From contig NC_058382.1 in assembly GCF_018350175.1 (NCBI RefSeq), positions 58,034,001-58,098,000 on the forward strand: a stretch of DNA of 64,000 nt, in the 5' to 3' direction. This DNA comes from Felis catus (Eukaryota). Under the pieces are notes generated by a model. That model was not told where the DNA came from and searched no databases. It saw nothing but the letters and a program-made list of their open reading frames with translations. Positions 46,191-57,669 of the stretch are shown piece by piece. The translations under genes and the position numbers were made by a program. Each line of letters starts with the position of its first letter. Within the stretch, counting starts at the first letter, position 1.

Positions 46191-47499
46191 GGCGAAAATG
46201 AGTACTTAGCGAGGAGCCAGCGAGTTGGCACCGCGGCGGGCGCTCCGCCTGGCTGAGCGTGTGCCCACCCGGGGCTCTGGAGCCTCAGGAGGTGAAGGCC
46301 GTGCTGGGCAGGAGCAGGGTCCCAGAAGGGCCAGGGCGCGTGCTTCCTGGGGCACGGGTGGCATCCCCGGGGACGGGGCGCTTCCTGCCCCAGACTCGGC
46401 GCCTGGCTCCTCTCCCCCAACCCCAGTGAGCCTCAGCTTCCTGGGGCCGTAAATTGGGGCTGTCGGCCCTGCGCTCTGGGGGTCTCGGTGTGACGTGCCA
46501 CCATGACGCAGACAGAGCGGCAGGGACGTGCCGTACCCGCCCGTCGTTCGCCCAGCTGCACCGCCGGTCCGTTCGGTGGCTCTGTGGCCACAGGAAAAGC
46601 CACCGGCCTGAGCGCGCTCATCTGCCAGCTGGAGACCCGCTCTGGCCCCCTCCAAAGCCCCCCCGCAGTCCCCCCTCCGTGGCCACCTGGCGGCCTATGT
46701 CATCGTCAGGGCCTCCCCTTCGCGAGCCTCCGTGCCCAGGAAGGTGCCTGGGGGCTTGGCTTCCCCTTCATCCCGACCGGCCCCTCCAGGTGTCCTCAGT
46801 AATCCAAGTGGAAACTTAAAACGCGCGCTTGTGAGGCCGGCGCCCCTCGGGCAGCGTCTCTCCGGTGGACAGGCTCCCCCTTTAAGGTGCGTGGAGCCTC
46901 GTGGTCCTGTGCCCTGTTCCAACAGCGACGGCACCAGTGATCACGCCAACGGAGGCGAGAAAGACAGGAGGGGGGAAGGGGGAGGGGCCGTACCCATTTC
47001 AGAGCCGGGGACCCTGAGGCCCAAAGAAAGGAAGCCGCAGCCTGGGAGCAAGTGTGGCCCTTAGCCTGCTGTTCACATCGGGGCTCGAGTGAAGAGTCCC
47101 CAGCGTACTCCGGGCTGCCGGGTGGGGGGATTCCAACAGCGGGAGGTGGGGCACGGGGGACTCCCCCCCTCCCATGGGCTGTGCCAGGAGCTCAGGGCCC
47201 TTGATGGCGGGGGGGTGGGGGTGGGGTGGGGCAGGGGGGAGGGTGGGGGGGGGCGGGGGGGGGACCTAGGCATGCTGGAATCCCAGCGTCTTGGATTGGG
47301 ACCGGGACACAACAGGGCATGGGGACTGGCTCCGGCATGGGGGCCAGCTGGGGTCCTTCTGGAAGTTTCCAGGCTGTGCCTTGGGCCTTCGTGATCACCA
47401 GGGGCCGTTGGCGGTATCCACGGACCCATCTCTGGCTGTGTCTGACTCTGTGGTGTTTGGGGCTTGGCTGCTCGGTTCTGAGCTTTTCTTCCTTCCGTT

Positions 47500-47545
47500 G
47501 ATTAGTCATTCAACAAACATTTATGAAGCGCGGCTCCAGGCCGGG
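47500..47545 (-). mobile_element. L2 tail
   Basis: TCATTCAACAAACATTTATGAAGCG. Confidence 0.65.
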
Positions 47546-48694
47546 AGGTTACCAAGGGTTTTTGCTCAAGGAGCTCCCAGTCTGAGCACCAGATTTAGAA
47601 AACAGTTTTCCAGGAGCCAGCACTAAGGGGCGGGGGGGTTCCTCGGGGCGGGGGGTTGGTGCCCAGAGCTGCTCCAGGAACTCCTGGACAGGACAGAGCA
47701 TCACAGCCCAGTGTGCACCCGGCCCGCTTGCCCGAGCTGTAGCCACGCTGCCCTCGGACTCCCCTTCAGGATGGGCCCTCCAGCACGGCGGCATGCTCAG
47801 GGGACCGACAGGCGGGGGCCGTGCACGCAGGGAGACCTGGGGTCCTGGAGCGGAGGGCGTGGCCCCTGGCCCCACAGGCTCTTTTTCCGGGGGACACTTG
47901 GGGAGGGCCGGAGCTGGGGGGGGCGGGGATGTAATCCAGGGCCCGGGGCCGGGGTGCCGTGTGCCCGGGTCTCAGGTGTTGCTGACGTCCATCTGATGCT
48001 TGAAACGGTTTCAGGAGGTGGTATTTTTACTCTGTGCCTTACACGCCGGTATTTTTATTCTATCCCATTTCCGTCTTAAAAGTCGTTCTCCTGTGGGATA
48101 TGTCCCCGAGTTTGAGAAACCTGGGGCAGAAGACAGTTCAGGCTCTTCCCACCTCCGAGATTTGGGGGTGCCGGAAGCGTCCCTGGACCCCCGTTCATCT
48201 TTGCCCCGAGACCAAGAATGCACGAAGCCAGCCCCTGCACCCCTCTCGGCCTCCTGTGCCGTCCTCGGTCACCCAGCCCCTCCGCCCACACCTCTGCAGC
48301 GGCCGGTGGTGGGTCAGTGGCCCTTTTTCAACTCGGTCAGAAGAGACCCAGCATCAGAAGAAAGATCTGGACCAATGGACGTAGGACCGCAGGAGGGTCC
48401 CTTCCTGTTCCTGAAGCTTCCTGCTTCCGGGCTGTCCCCTCACGCCCCCCACCCCGCTCACCAGGCAGGGACTGAGAAAGAGCCCACCGGCCCTCCCTCC
48501 CCCTGCCAGCTTTACCCTCACCGTGTCCTGCTTCCCAGTCGCCGAACAACAGGTGTTTACCCCTCTTAGTCTCCAGAGCTCACACCTCCCTCTGCACCTC
48601 TGTTCGCTCAAAGCAGCCATTTGTATTAAGTCGGTCAACCTCCTTTGCATGATGAGGGGTACCCCAGGGCCCCCTGGGCTTTCCGGGCCGTTTC

Positions 48695-48735
48695 GAGGGA
48701 CAGTTTCATGTGGAGGGACAGTTTCATGTGGAGGG
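48695..48735. repeat. Perfect 18-bp tandem duplication (2.3 copies)
   Basis: GAGGGACAGTTTCATGTG x2 plus GAGGG. Confidence 0.95.
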
Positions 48736-48771
48736 GAACAATACAGACCACGGATGACAGCATGTCAACAT

Positions 48772-48919
48772 CTGGGTGTGATTCGGGGCAGCTGACTTAG
48801 CCCCTCCGTGCCTCAGTCCTCTCATCCGCAAAATGGGTACATAATAGCAGAAGCTACCTCATGGGCGTGTTAGGAGGGGCGAGCAAGTTAAGATTCGCAA
48901 AGCATGTGAACAGCGCTTG
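48772..48919 (+). mobile_element. MIR
   Basis: GTGCCTCAGTCCTCTCATCCGCAAAATGGGTACATAATAG...CTACCTCATGGG. Confidence 0.85.
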
Positions 48920-49054
48920 CTGTGTGAAATCAGATGATGTCGAACAATTGTCTTAAAGCGTGGCTGTAAGGAGACGTAAATCATCTAGGCCTTATTGGGC
49001 GGGTCCTTAGAACACAGTGTCCTAAGCATGTGTGTCTGAGGCCATATTTTTCCC

Positions 49055-49185
49055 CTCCCTGAGAAGTGGCTACGGTCATTATGACCATTTTACAGATGAC
49101 AGAGTGGTGCCCAGAGAGGTTTAGTAACTTCCCCGTGGCCACACAGCCCCTAGTGAAGGAGTCAGTTCCTGAAGCAAGGTCAGCT
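49055..49185 (-). mobile_element. MIR
   Basis: CCATTTTACAGATGA...CCCAGAGAGGTTTAGTAACTT...GGCCACACAGC. Confidence 0.85.
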
Positions 49186-50549
49186 TCATAGAAGGAGGCT
49201 GAGTATTCCTGGTCGCTTGAGGACCAGGGAGGCAGTTGTGCAGAGCTCGGCCTGTGGGAGGTGGGGCCCACAGCAGCTCACCCCGCGAGCATCGCAGGTT
49301 TTAGCGGTCGGGCAGGTGTTTGAGTGAGGTCAAGGCTGCGCAGGTGGCCCGGCCCCGGCCCAGGGGGCTGTCACGAGCAGAGTGGCTGCCATGAGGGACC
49401 ACGAGGCCCCCGTGCACCCGCTCCCCTCTCCTGGAGGGCCACTTTGGCACCCAAGGGATTTAGCTGCGTCATTTCCCCCTCCCCCGGAGCCGGGCACTTG
49501 TCACGTAGGAATTCCCGTGCTGTTTGCTGTGACTGCAGCCGATTATCCCCCTGACGATTTGTCCTCGAGTCTGCCTGGGCGTCGAAGCCAAGCTAGCAGG
49601 CCTGTCGTTCCCTTCGGAGGAGGGGCACACAGGGGCCGCCCGTGGCTCCTCTGAGCAAGCGGCGTGCAGACCGCCCGGCCCCGCGTGGCGTGTCTCCGCA
49701 GCCGGCCGTCCCTGGAGGCCCCCTGCTTGCTTCCCGCCTTTATGGGCCCTCCCGCCTCAGTCAGCCAGGACTCCGGCCCCTTGCTTCCCTTCGATCTTTC
49801 CGGGGAAGGCAGCAGCGAACAGCCCCGAAAATCGCCGCCCCCTCGAGGCCCCTTCCATCCTCGGATGTCTGTCCCTGGACCTGGGTGTGTGCACCTGTGG
49901 GTGGTGAGGGAGAGAGAAAACGAGGGCTCCTTCCCAACTTTCCCTTTATTCTTCCTTTTGAAGGAAGCGACTTGAAAGTCCTTTGCCGGCCAGATTCTTC
50001 GACTCTCAGGTTGCGTCCTGACGCAAGACCGCGTTCGGAGTTGCGTTTTCGGGGAGTTTCTCGTGTGCCCGCAGACCCGGAATGAGGGGCCGTGCTAGCG
50101 TGGGCCTTCCTGGAACTCACCCCGTCTCGCTCGCTGCTGAACCCTCAGCGCCGAGAACCGTGCCTGGCACAGGGCAGGGACAGAAAAATTGTCTACAGTT
50201 AACGACTGGGACCGTTTTGTTCTCGGAGCTCCCCCTGCCCCCACGCATACCCGGCACCGCTTGGAGCACACGCTGGGGGCTTTGGGAAGCTTAGGGAACC
50301 TCCCAGTCTCAGCAGGTGAGGCCGAAGCCAAAGCCCAACTAAAGTGTAGAGTTACCTGAAAATTAGCGGGCGCGCAGGGCCAGCTCCCGAGGCCGCTGTC
50401 CACGGGGCGTGCTCTGCATTCGGACTCAGCCTGCTCTCCAGGTGTAGGGCTGAGGGGCGCCGGGCAGGGCCGGGCGGGGGGTCCTGGAGGCCGATTAGCC
50501 CCCTGCTCCCCGCTGAGCCCTCCCCGTTATCCCTCCAGGCCGGGTTCGC

Positions 50550-50742
50550 AGCCTCTCTGGGCCTCCAGACTCCGTTCGGCGTCTGGAAAGTGAGCATGAT
50601 GATGACAGGGTCTACCTCACGGGTTGTTGCGAGGGCTTAAGTGAATTAAAATACGTGGAAAGTACTTAAAAAACGGTGCGGAGCGCAGAGCAGATGCTAT
50701 CCCCGTGTTTATTATTATTTTATTGCCATTACGGTTATTATT
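50550..50742 (+). mobile_element. MIR 3' half
   Basis: CTACCTCACGGGTTGTTGCGAGG...AAAGTACTTA...TTATTATTATT tail. Confidence 0.8.
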
Positions 50743-51194
50743 CTCGCGCACACTCAGTGGAAACCTTTCCGGCTACGGAGAGACGATCCGCCACCGTGTA
50801 CCGGATGGTGCGGATCCTTGTACATTTCCTGGGACCCCGTGATTAACATGTTGTAACGTGTGCGTTTCAAGCCGGCACCGGCTTCAGGAAACAGGGCCTC
50901 GCCGTGGTGGCTGGGCCTCCGGCTCGGATGGCCTCCCCCTGGGGGCTGCGGGACACCAGGGACACGCGTCCGCGTCCTGGGGAGAGTCAGCAGGGCCCCT
51001 GCCTGCCGGCAGACTGCAAGCGCAGGGGGCAGGTGAGCGAGCCAGGCCAGGCCTTGCGCGCGCCCGCGTGCCTGTTGGCTCCGCCTCCAGCCCCCGTCCT
51101 GACACGGTGGGCGGGGCCGGGCCGAGCTGCCACCGAGCAGATGCGACGTCCCGGGAGGCTGTTTGCTGTGGCTGTCACCATGTTTCCACGATCC

Positions 51195-51500
51195 TGTGAC
51201 AGCAACCCTGCCCCGACGTTAATTTACATTACAGCCAGTGCACCCCCCGACGTGTGTTTTTAAAGGGTATAATTTCTATCAACTTCAATTAGAGCTATTT
51301 TTATTTTTGTCACCCTGAAGAATTTCCCCGCGGTTAAGCTGTCGTTTTTCACTATAATACCCCTGGCAAGGGCTGGGGGAAAAAAAAAATTAATAGTCTA
51401 GTGATCACTTAGCTAATGCACTGTCAGCGCTTGATAAACTGACTGCCCTGGGTGAGACGGCCCAGTTCCTTCCACAGTAATTATGTCATGTTCACCTGCA
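51195..51500. promoter_or_regulatory. AT-rich candidate enhancer
   Basis: TTAATTTAC, CAATTAG, MEF2-like CTATTTTTAT 51295, AATTAAT, CTGTCA, TGATAA, TAATTA. Confidence 0.5.
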
Positions 51501-51616
51501 GCGGGCAGGGCCCCTCTGGTGGAGGTGCGGGGCTCCCCACGGAGCCCAGGGCAGGCACCCCCCCAAATCTGTCTTTGCGGTAATTTAGGTGCACCAGGGT
51601 GGACGTCTGCCCATCC

Positions 51617-51704
51617 TTCTAGCTGTGTGGCGTTCGACAGGTTGCTAAACGTCTCTGATCCACTTTGGAGAAGGGAGCATACCATAAAGGTTACCGCTCA
51701 TGAG
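51617..51704 (+). mobile_element. MIR fragment
   Basis: CTAGCTGTGTGGCGTTCGACAGGTTGCTAAACGTCTCTGA. Confidence 0.55.
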
Positions 51705-52094
51705 CCCCCAGACCTCCCTAGCTCGGGGCAAGAAAGGAGGTGAGGCCAGCGGGCAGGTGCATGGGGAGCACCGTGCCTGGTAAACGGGGGCACCGGGGCC
51801 ATCTGTGCACGGACAGAGGGATGTTTGCGAGCCCCGGATGAGGCGTGGCAATTAAACCAGGCACCCGCTCCGAACACAGGAGGGGCAGGCATGGGGCTCT
51901 GATGGGCTGTGAGCCTGGTGTGGGGACAGAGGGAGCGGCCGCACCTGCAGGAACGGGCCTTCCGTCCCCTGAGTCAGGTGCAATAAAGAGGAAGGACCCG
52001 CCCTTGTGCCCAGCGCCGTGGCGAGGCTCCATGGATCGTGTGGTGTGGCCCCTGTGTGGCTACGTTCACACAACATGCTGGAAGTGATGGCCGC

Positions 52095-52403
52095 AGGAGG
52101 ACACGGTGGGAGAGTGTCACAGAGCGCGGCCGTGGCCCAGCTACCTGTGTCTGCACCGCGGCGGTGAAGGCAGGGGCCAGCGGTGACGCCACATGGGACA
52201 GAGTGCATGCACACACACGCACACACGCACACACGCACACACGCACACACGCACAGGCCAGGCTGGGGCGGCATCCTGCCTGTGATGTGGGGCCATGATT
52301 TTGTAAGGTGTCCTCCTGGGGGAATAGCAGGAAAGGGGACGCCAGGTCTCCGTATGACTTCTTGCAATCACATGTGAATCTGTAAGCGTCTCAACAGAAA
52401 ACA
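52095..52403 (+). mobile_element. L1MC-like 3' end with internal (CACACG)n
   Basis: TTTTGTAAGGTGTCCTCCTGGGGGAA...TTCTTGCAATCACATGTGAATCT; repeat at about 52208-52255. Confidence 0.7.
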
Positions 52404-52429
52404 TTGAGATTAAAACAAAAACAAAAGCT

Positions 52430-52650
52430 GGGTCACATCTCTCTGGGCTCCCTCCAAACGACAGCCACAGCCTTTTATGGGACCCACGAGGCCCCTGAAA
52501 TGTCACCCCTTTGCTTCCCTTGATCTCTGGCCCCACAGGCCCCCTTGCTGTCCCTCAAACACACTGGGCACACTCCTGCCTCAGGGCCTTTGCATGGGAT
52601 GTTCCCTATGCCTGGAACCGTGACCTTACGCGTCCGTGTCGTCCCTTCCA
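52430..52650 (+). mobile_element. L2 fragment
   Basis: TTGCTGTCCCTCAAACAC...CTCCTGCCTCAGGGCCTTTGCA...TTCCCTATGCCTGGAA. Confidence 0.8.
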
Positions 52651-52989
52651 TGACTCAGATATCTCCTCCATCCGCCGTGTTGGGGACATCGTGGCAGGGC
52701 CTGGGGTTACCGAGTGCCGCCTGGGGGGAGGGTGACAGTCTGGGCAGGTGTGTGGCAATACAGGAGGAGGGCGGGGGGGGCGGCCAACTCCTCCTGGGGA
52801 GGGGAGCTGGGGACACAGACCACGGAAGCGGGCACACCCTTGGCTGAGGAGGAGGCAGAGGATATGGGGGGAGACATTTCAGGCAAGAGGGAGGCACGGG
52901 GCATTGGCGGGGTGGGAGGAGGCCTCGTGGGCATTGACGGTGGCTTCTGCCTGAAGCGAACCTCGGCCCTGCCCCTGGGGAGCCAGCAC

Positions 52990-53087
52990 CGTGTACAGAT
53001 GGGGAGGCCAAAGCCCAGAAAAGTAGAGTCACTTGCCTGCAGGCACACAGCTCTTAGGCGGCCGAGCTGGGATGTGAACCAGGCAGG
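52990..53087 (-). mobile_element. MIR fragment
   Basis: TACAGATGGGGA...CACTTGCC...CACACAGCT...GAGCTGGGATGTGAACCAGG. Confidence 0.75.
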
Positions 53088-53378
53088 ATGGTTTCTGCAG
53101 CTGCCCTCAGCCCCTGCAGGACGCCTGGAGGAGAGAACGGAGGGTAATGAGTCCAGCGGTACTCGTGTGGGTGACAGGTGCCTTCAGGACACGTCAAACT
53201 AGATAACCAGCCGTGGCCCCACCGTTCCTACTTATCCTAGCCTTTCCTCTGCCCCCGTCAAGGCTCAGCTCCCCTCCTCCCACAGACCCCTCTTCCCCCG
53301 CCTTTTGGGAATAGCGGCAGACGGTACACCCCGTTCCCCACCGCCTGCGGCCGCGCAGCCTCCTTGCTGCTTCTAGAA

Positions 53379-53707
53379 CAGAGATCCGCAAAGCGCAACC
53401 CGCGGGCCACATCCATCAGGCAGCCTGTTTATGTACAACCCATGAACTAAACGTGCATTTTACGTTTTTAAAGTTGCAAAAAAAAAAATCAAAGGAAAAA
53501 AATTTCATGATGCGAAAAGTATACGAAATTCAAATTTCCGTGTCCACAAATAAAGTTTTATTGAAACAGCCACACACTCTTATTTTCGTGTGGTCTAAGG
53601 CTGCTTTAGCGCTACGATGCCAAAGTTGAGTAGGTTCAACAGAGACTATAATGGTCCTTAAAGCCAAAAATACTGTCTGGCTTTTTCAGGAAAGGTTTGT
53701 AAACATG
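53379..53707. mobile_element. MER58B (hAT-Charlie MITE), near full length
   Basis: CCCGCGGGCCAC, GAAATTCAAATTTCCGTGTCCACAAATAAAGTTTTATTG, GGCTGCTTT, AGTTGAGTAG, ACAGAGAC. Confidence 0.9.
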
Positions 53708-53759
53708 CTCCCACCTCAGCGCCGTCACATTGACTGTTCCGTCTACCTGCCACACCCTT

Positions 53760-54035
53760 CCCCCACATACCTATCTCCACGGCTGGCTTCCTTGTTTCCT
53801 TCAGGTCTCTGCATAAATGGCCCCTGTCACTGGGGCCGGCCTGTGGAGAACTCTAACTTTACTCACCCACCCCCCTACCTAGCCTCTTCTATTTGCCTTC
53901 CTGCCACTTTCTACAAACTGACACATGAATGTGTCTGTCACTCCAACCTCTCCAACAGGAAATTTAACTGTTTTGTTTGCGGCTGTATCCCAGGCACAGT
54001 GTAGGCATTAGGTGCTTAATATATGTTTATTGGAT
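53760..54035 (+). mobile_element. L2 3' end
   Basis: TTCCTTCAGGTCTCTGC; TGTTTTGTTTGCGGCTGTATCCC; TAGGTGCTTAATATATGTTTATTGGATG. Confidence 0.75.
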
Positions 54036-54420
54036 GGATGGATGGACGGATGGATGGATGGACTGATAGCCAGACGGATGGATGGATGGATGGATGGATG
54101 GATGGATGGATGGACAGATGGCCAGCCAGATGGATGGATGGATGGATGGATGGATGGATGGATGGATGGATGGACAAATGGCCAGCCAGATGGATGGATG
54201 GATGGATGGATGGACAGACAGATAGCCAGATGGATGGATGGATGGATGGATGGATGGATGGACAGATAGCCAGACAGATGGATGCAGGCATTAGGTGCTT
54301 TATATATGTTTGTTAGACGGATGGATGGATGGATGGCCAGACGGATGGATGGATGGAGGATGGACAGATAGACAGGTGGGTGGGTGCATGGTTTGTTGGA
54401 TAGGTGGATGGGGTGGATGA
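54031..54420. repeat. Compound (GATG)n tetranucleotide array grown from the L2 tail
   Basis: GATG runs interrupted periodically by GACAGATAGCCA / GGCCAGCCA. Confidence 0.96.
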
Positions 54421-54424
54421 AAAG

Positions 54425-54600
54425 CTAGGCTGGGCCTAATCACATGTCTCTTGGATGCCACGTGGAGAGTCAGAACTTTGGTAAAGGGTTTTACGTCAGC
54501 AGGATGAGTGATGTTTTGGGAAGATCACTCAGACCAAGCCATGGCTGGGGATGGAGTGGGCCGGGCTGTATGCCCAGAGACTGATGGGAGGCTGTCTCCC
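54425..54600 (-). mobile_element. L2 internal fragment
   Basis: AGGGTTTTA...GAGTGATGTTTTGGGAAGATCACTC...GGAGGCTGT. Confidence 0.55.
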
Positions 54601-55167
54601 TGGGAAGTGGGCCTCGGCAAGGGTAGGATAAGGGGACCCCGGGAGAACCGGGGAGTCAGACAGAGATCAGTCCAGCTCCCCGTGCCGGCCTCCAGCACGT
54701 GGCCCTCCAGGTTGACGCCCAGGACTCAGGGGCTCCATGTCCCCGGGGGCTCTTGCCTGGGCTGGACTGGGTCACCGACAGCACTCTGTTGCCTGCAAGG
54801 CATTAGGGAGCACTCTTGCCTCTGGAAACAGGAGACTCCTCCATGCAGCTTTCTGCCCTGTCCCAGGCCATGAGAGGGAATCGCTGCCTCAGAGGCCTTC
54901 CTTGAGGGAGGGAGCCAGGGACATGCCTTCTAGAATGTTCCCTCTGGCCACGAGAGCAGCAGAAGCTGGGCCTGCCTGCCTCTGGCCAGTTCCCACTGGC
55001 CCGCCTGCGGTCCAGATATCCTATCAGTCTCCCTGTGACCCCAGCCTTCCTGGCCACACCTGCCCCACCCAGATGTGTCTCCCGAGGCTCCTGGTGCATT
55101 AGCGGCAGACTCTGGCTTTCCAGTAAGGCTCTCCGAGACATCTCACGCCACCTGCCCATCCCACAAA

Positions 55168-55240
55168 ATGTGGCCAATGCAAGTTACCCTCTCTGGGCCT
55201 TGGTTTCTTCATCTATATAACGGAGCCTAACAGTTGCTCC
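55168..55240 (+). mobile_element. MIR fragment
   Basis: GCAAGTTACCCTCTCTGGGCCTTGGTTTCTTCATCTATA. Confidence 0.75.
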
Positions 55241-55693
55241 CGTCCCCACCCCCACCCCCCACCCCGACCCGGGGAAGTCTAAGGTTTAATGGGCCGACAC
55301 CTCCAAGATTAGCAAGAGGCCTGGCCCCTGTAGGTGCTGTGGGTGCGCAGCTGCCACCAGAGCCGATAGGCAGGCGGGCCTCGCGCTTTACGGTCGTGCC
55401 GCACGAGCTTTTCACCCCGGCCCTTCGGAGACACCGTGTTCCCGGCTTGGCAAGAAACCCCCGCTTTATCTGAACTGGGAGGTTCTTCGGCCCCAGCAGC
55501 CCCAGGCCTTGATCCGGAGACTTTCTCTTTGCAGCAGGTGGAGTTGGGGTCCCTCGTCGCCCGGGCTTCCTGTGCGTCAGGCTGTGCTAGGCTGAGTCCT
55601 TGTGACCGCTCAGGCTGTGGGTGTGGGTCTCCGCACCCCCCTTTTACGGGTGAGGAAGCTGAGCAGGCTGGGCGACCTCCGTCTGCCTCCCGT

Positions 55694-55790
55694 CCTCTGA
55701 GCCTCAGTTTCCCCCTCTGTACCGCGGGTTAGTCATACTCCCCCACCTGAAGGCGCAGCTCCGGGGAGTGGTTCTGTGCACGCTTCGCAG
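55694..55790 (+). mobile_element. MIR fragment
   Basis: CCTCTGAGCCTCAGTTTCCCCCTCTGTA. Confidence 0.65.
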
Positions 55791-56089
55791 ATCGTCCAGG
55801 TGGGGAGTCGTGACCCTCTGTCCCCTTACGTGCTTGCGGCAAGCTGTCACCTGGCCAGATTCGGAGCCGGGGACAGAACCTGGCTTTCATTTTTCTGAGT
55901 CCTGGATCACGTGTCCGCTCGGACTTCTCTTGTCCTCCAGGCTGGACGAGCCTGGTGCCTCGCCCCCTCCTTCCAGCCCCTGAGAGGGGGGAGCACCTGG
56001 GAGGGCTCAGGTGGGGAGGAGAGTCCGATCGAGACCCCCGGCCGAGCCGGCGACCCTCCCCACCCCACCCCCACCGCCCCGGTGCTGCA

Positions 56090-56410
56090 GCCGAGCGCCC
56101 CTAATTGCTGTCACAGATGCGGCAGCCACCAGCCTCTCCAGCACGATCTGCTGTGTCGCGTGAGCTTAATTAGTCCCTGATTACTCATTTACTGGGTGCT
56201 GTGTGTATTCCACATCTAATAACTTTCCAATTACGCCCGGTCTGCGCCGCACATTTAATAACCCTTTAGTTGTCTGCTTATCGGGGCCTCTGCATTCAGC
56301 AGCCCAGTCTCCCCCTGACCCAGAGCCTTATCGTTCCCTTTACTGCAGTGTTTGGAGTTCTCTGCTTGCCGTTACGGGGCTGTTACAGGGAATTAAGGGG
56401 CGTCAAATTC
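56090..56410. promoter_or_regulatory. Candidate enhancer with dense TAAT/ATTA, MEIS and GATA motifs
   Basis: CTAATTG, CTGTCA, CTTAATTAG, TGATTA, CTAATA, CAATTA, TTTAAT, two CTTATC, AATTAA. Confidence 0.55.
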
Positions 56411-57319
56411 CGTGTTTGGGCCTCTGATGCACCAGCTCGTGGTGCAGAACAGGGAATCCCACCAGACAGAGCACAGTATCTTTGTGGGTGGGAAGGGGGA
56501 AGGGCGCCCCCACGGCAGGGCTGGGCCGTGTCCCCTCACTTCCCTCCCGGGCAGGCCTGTGACTCCCGTGTCCCCCAACAGGCAAGAGGTCTCCGGCCGG
56601 CTCAGCAGGCGCCCCTTAGCCAGGCCCACCCAGCCTCCCAGCCGAGGCTCACCTCCGGCCATCCCTGTTTGGGAGGGAGGTGACTTTTCTCCCGAGCTCG
56701 GCTTCCTGCCTTCGCCCGATGTTTCCTTGGGGCGAAGGGAAGGCTGTGTTCTTTTGCGCCATCGGGACCCTGGCGTCTCCTCCTCTCCTGCAGCCCCACA
56801 CCCTGTCTCCTTCTCCCAGCCTCGCTCCCGTGACAGATCGGTCACAGCTCATCAGCGGGCCCCTGGCGTATAGCAGGTGCTCAGTAAATCTAGGGTAGGC
56901 ATCACTCGCCCGTTTTCCAGAAGTGTCACCTGAGCTCAGAGCAGTCACGATTGCCTGTCACCCTTACTTATGGCAGCAGCTAAGCGGCTCAGTCCCGCAT
57001 CTGCTTTATTCGAGGTCGGCACACCTGGCTTCCTGGCGTGCCTCCTGAGCCGACTTGGAAGAAAACTAAGATTCAGGGTCGTGGTGGAAAGTGGAGGGAC
57101 CCCTGCCCCAGTGACTGCGGGGACCCCTCGATTGCGTCGGGGCTCCAGGCCGGCAGCAGGCAAGGGGGGCCTGGAAGGTGGCCCTCCTGGCTGCGGCCCA
57201 AACCACCCGGAGGCCAGGCGGGCCCTCCAAGGCACCAAAGCCCTCCGGGCTTCATGGGGTCCGCCGGCTCTTGCTCTTTTCCTCTTGCTCCTGATGCTTC
57301 TGCTCGCAGGTCATGAGAC

Positions 57320-57506
57320 CAGCTGCCATTTCTTGAGCACCTACTACGTGCTGCGTACCTTTAGCATCCGATTCTCCCCACTGTCCCTTTGGGCAGTAGA
57401 CGCTCACCGCGATCACGCCCACTTTATGGGAGACGGGACTGAAGCCCGGCGAGGCTAAGTCACTTTGCTGAGATCTCCCAGCCGGGGAGGGTGGCCGGGA
57501 CCCAGC
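57320..57506 (-). mobile_element. MIR
   Basis: CATTTCTTGAGCACCTACTACGTGC...ACTGAAGCCC...GAGGCTAAGTCACTT. Confidence 0.8.
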
Positions 57507-57669
57507 GTGCACCCACGCGGGGAGACTGAGAGGTGGGGGCCCCCGGGAGGGAGGCGGATGCGGGCTCTGCCACAGAGGCTGCCGGAGGGAGAAATCCTGG
57601 TGTCCTGCCCAGCCTCTGGGCTGCTCATCCCTCAAGCTGGAACTTCCCCGGTTTTCAAACATACATGCC

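Noticed and set aside
50785..50816. Hairpin GATCCGCCACCGT...ATGGTGCGGATC as a small RNA
   Set aside because: A stem of about 12 bp is too short for a pre-miRNA and likely by chance at this GC content
52984..53000. REST/NRSE-like CAGCACCGTGTACAG
   Set aside because: Mismatch in the GGACAG half-site, poor flanks, and it overlaps a MIR edge
54012..54316. DGWM / PSIH repeat proteins
   Set aside because: Translations of the (GATG)n array
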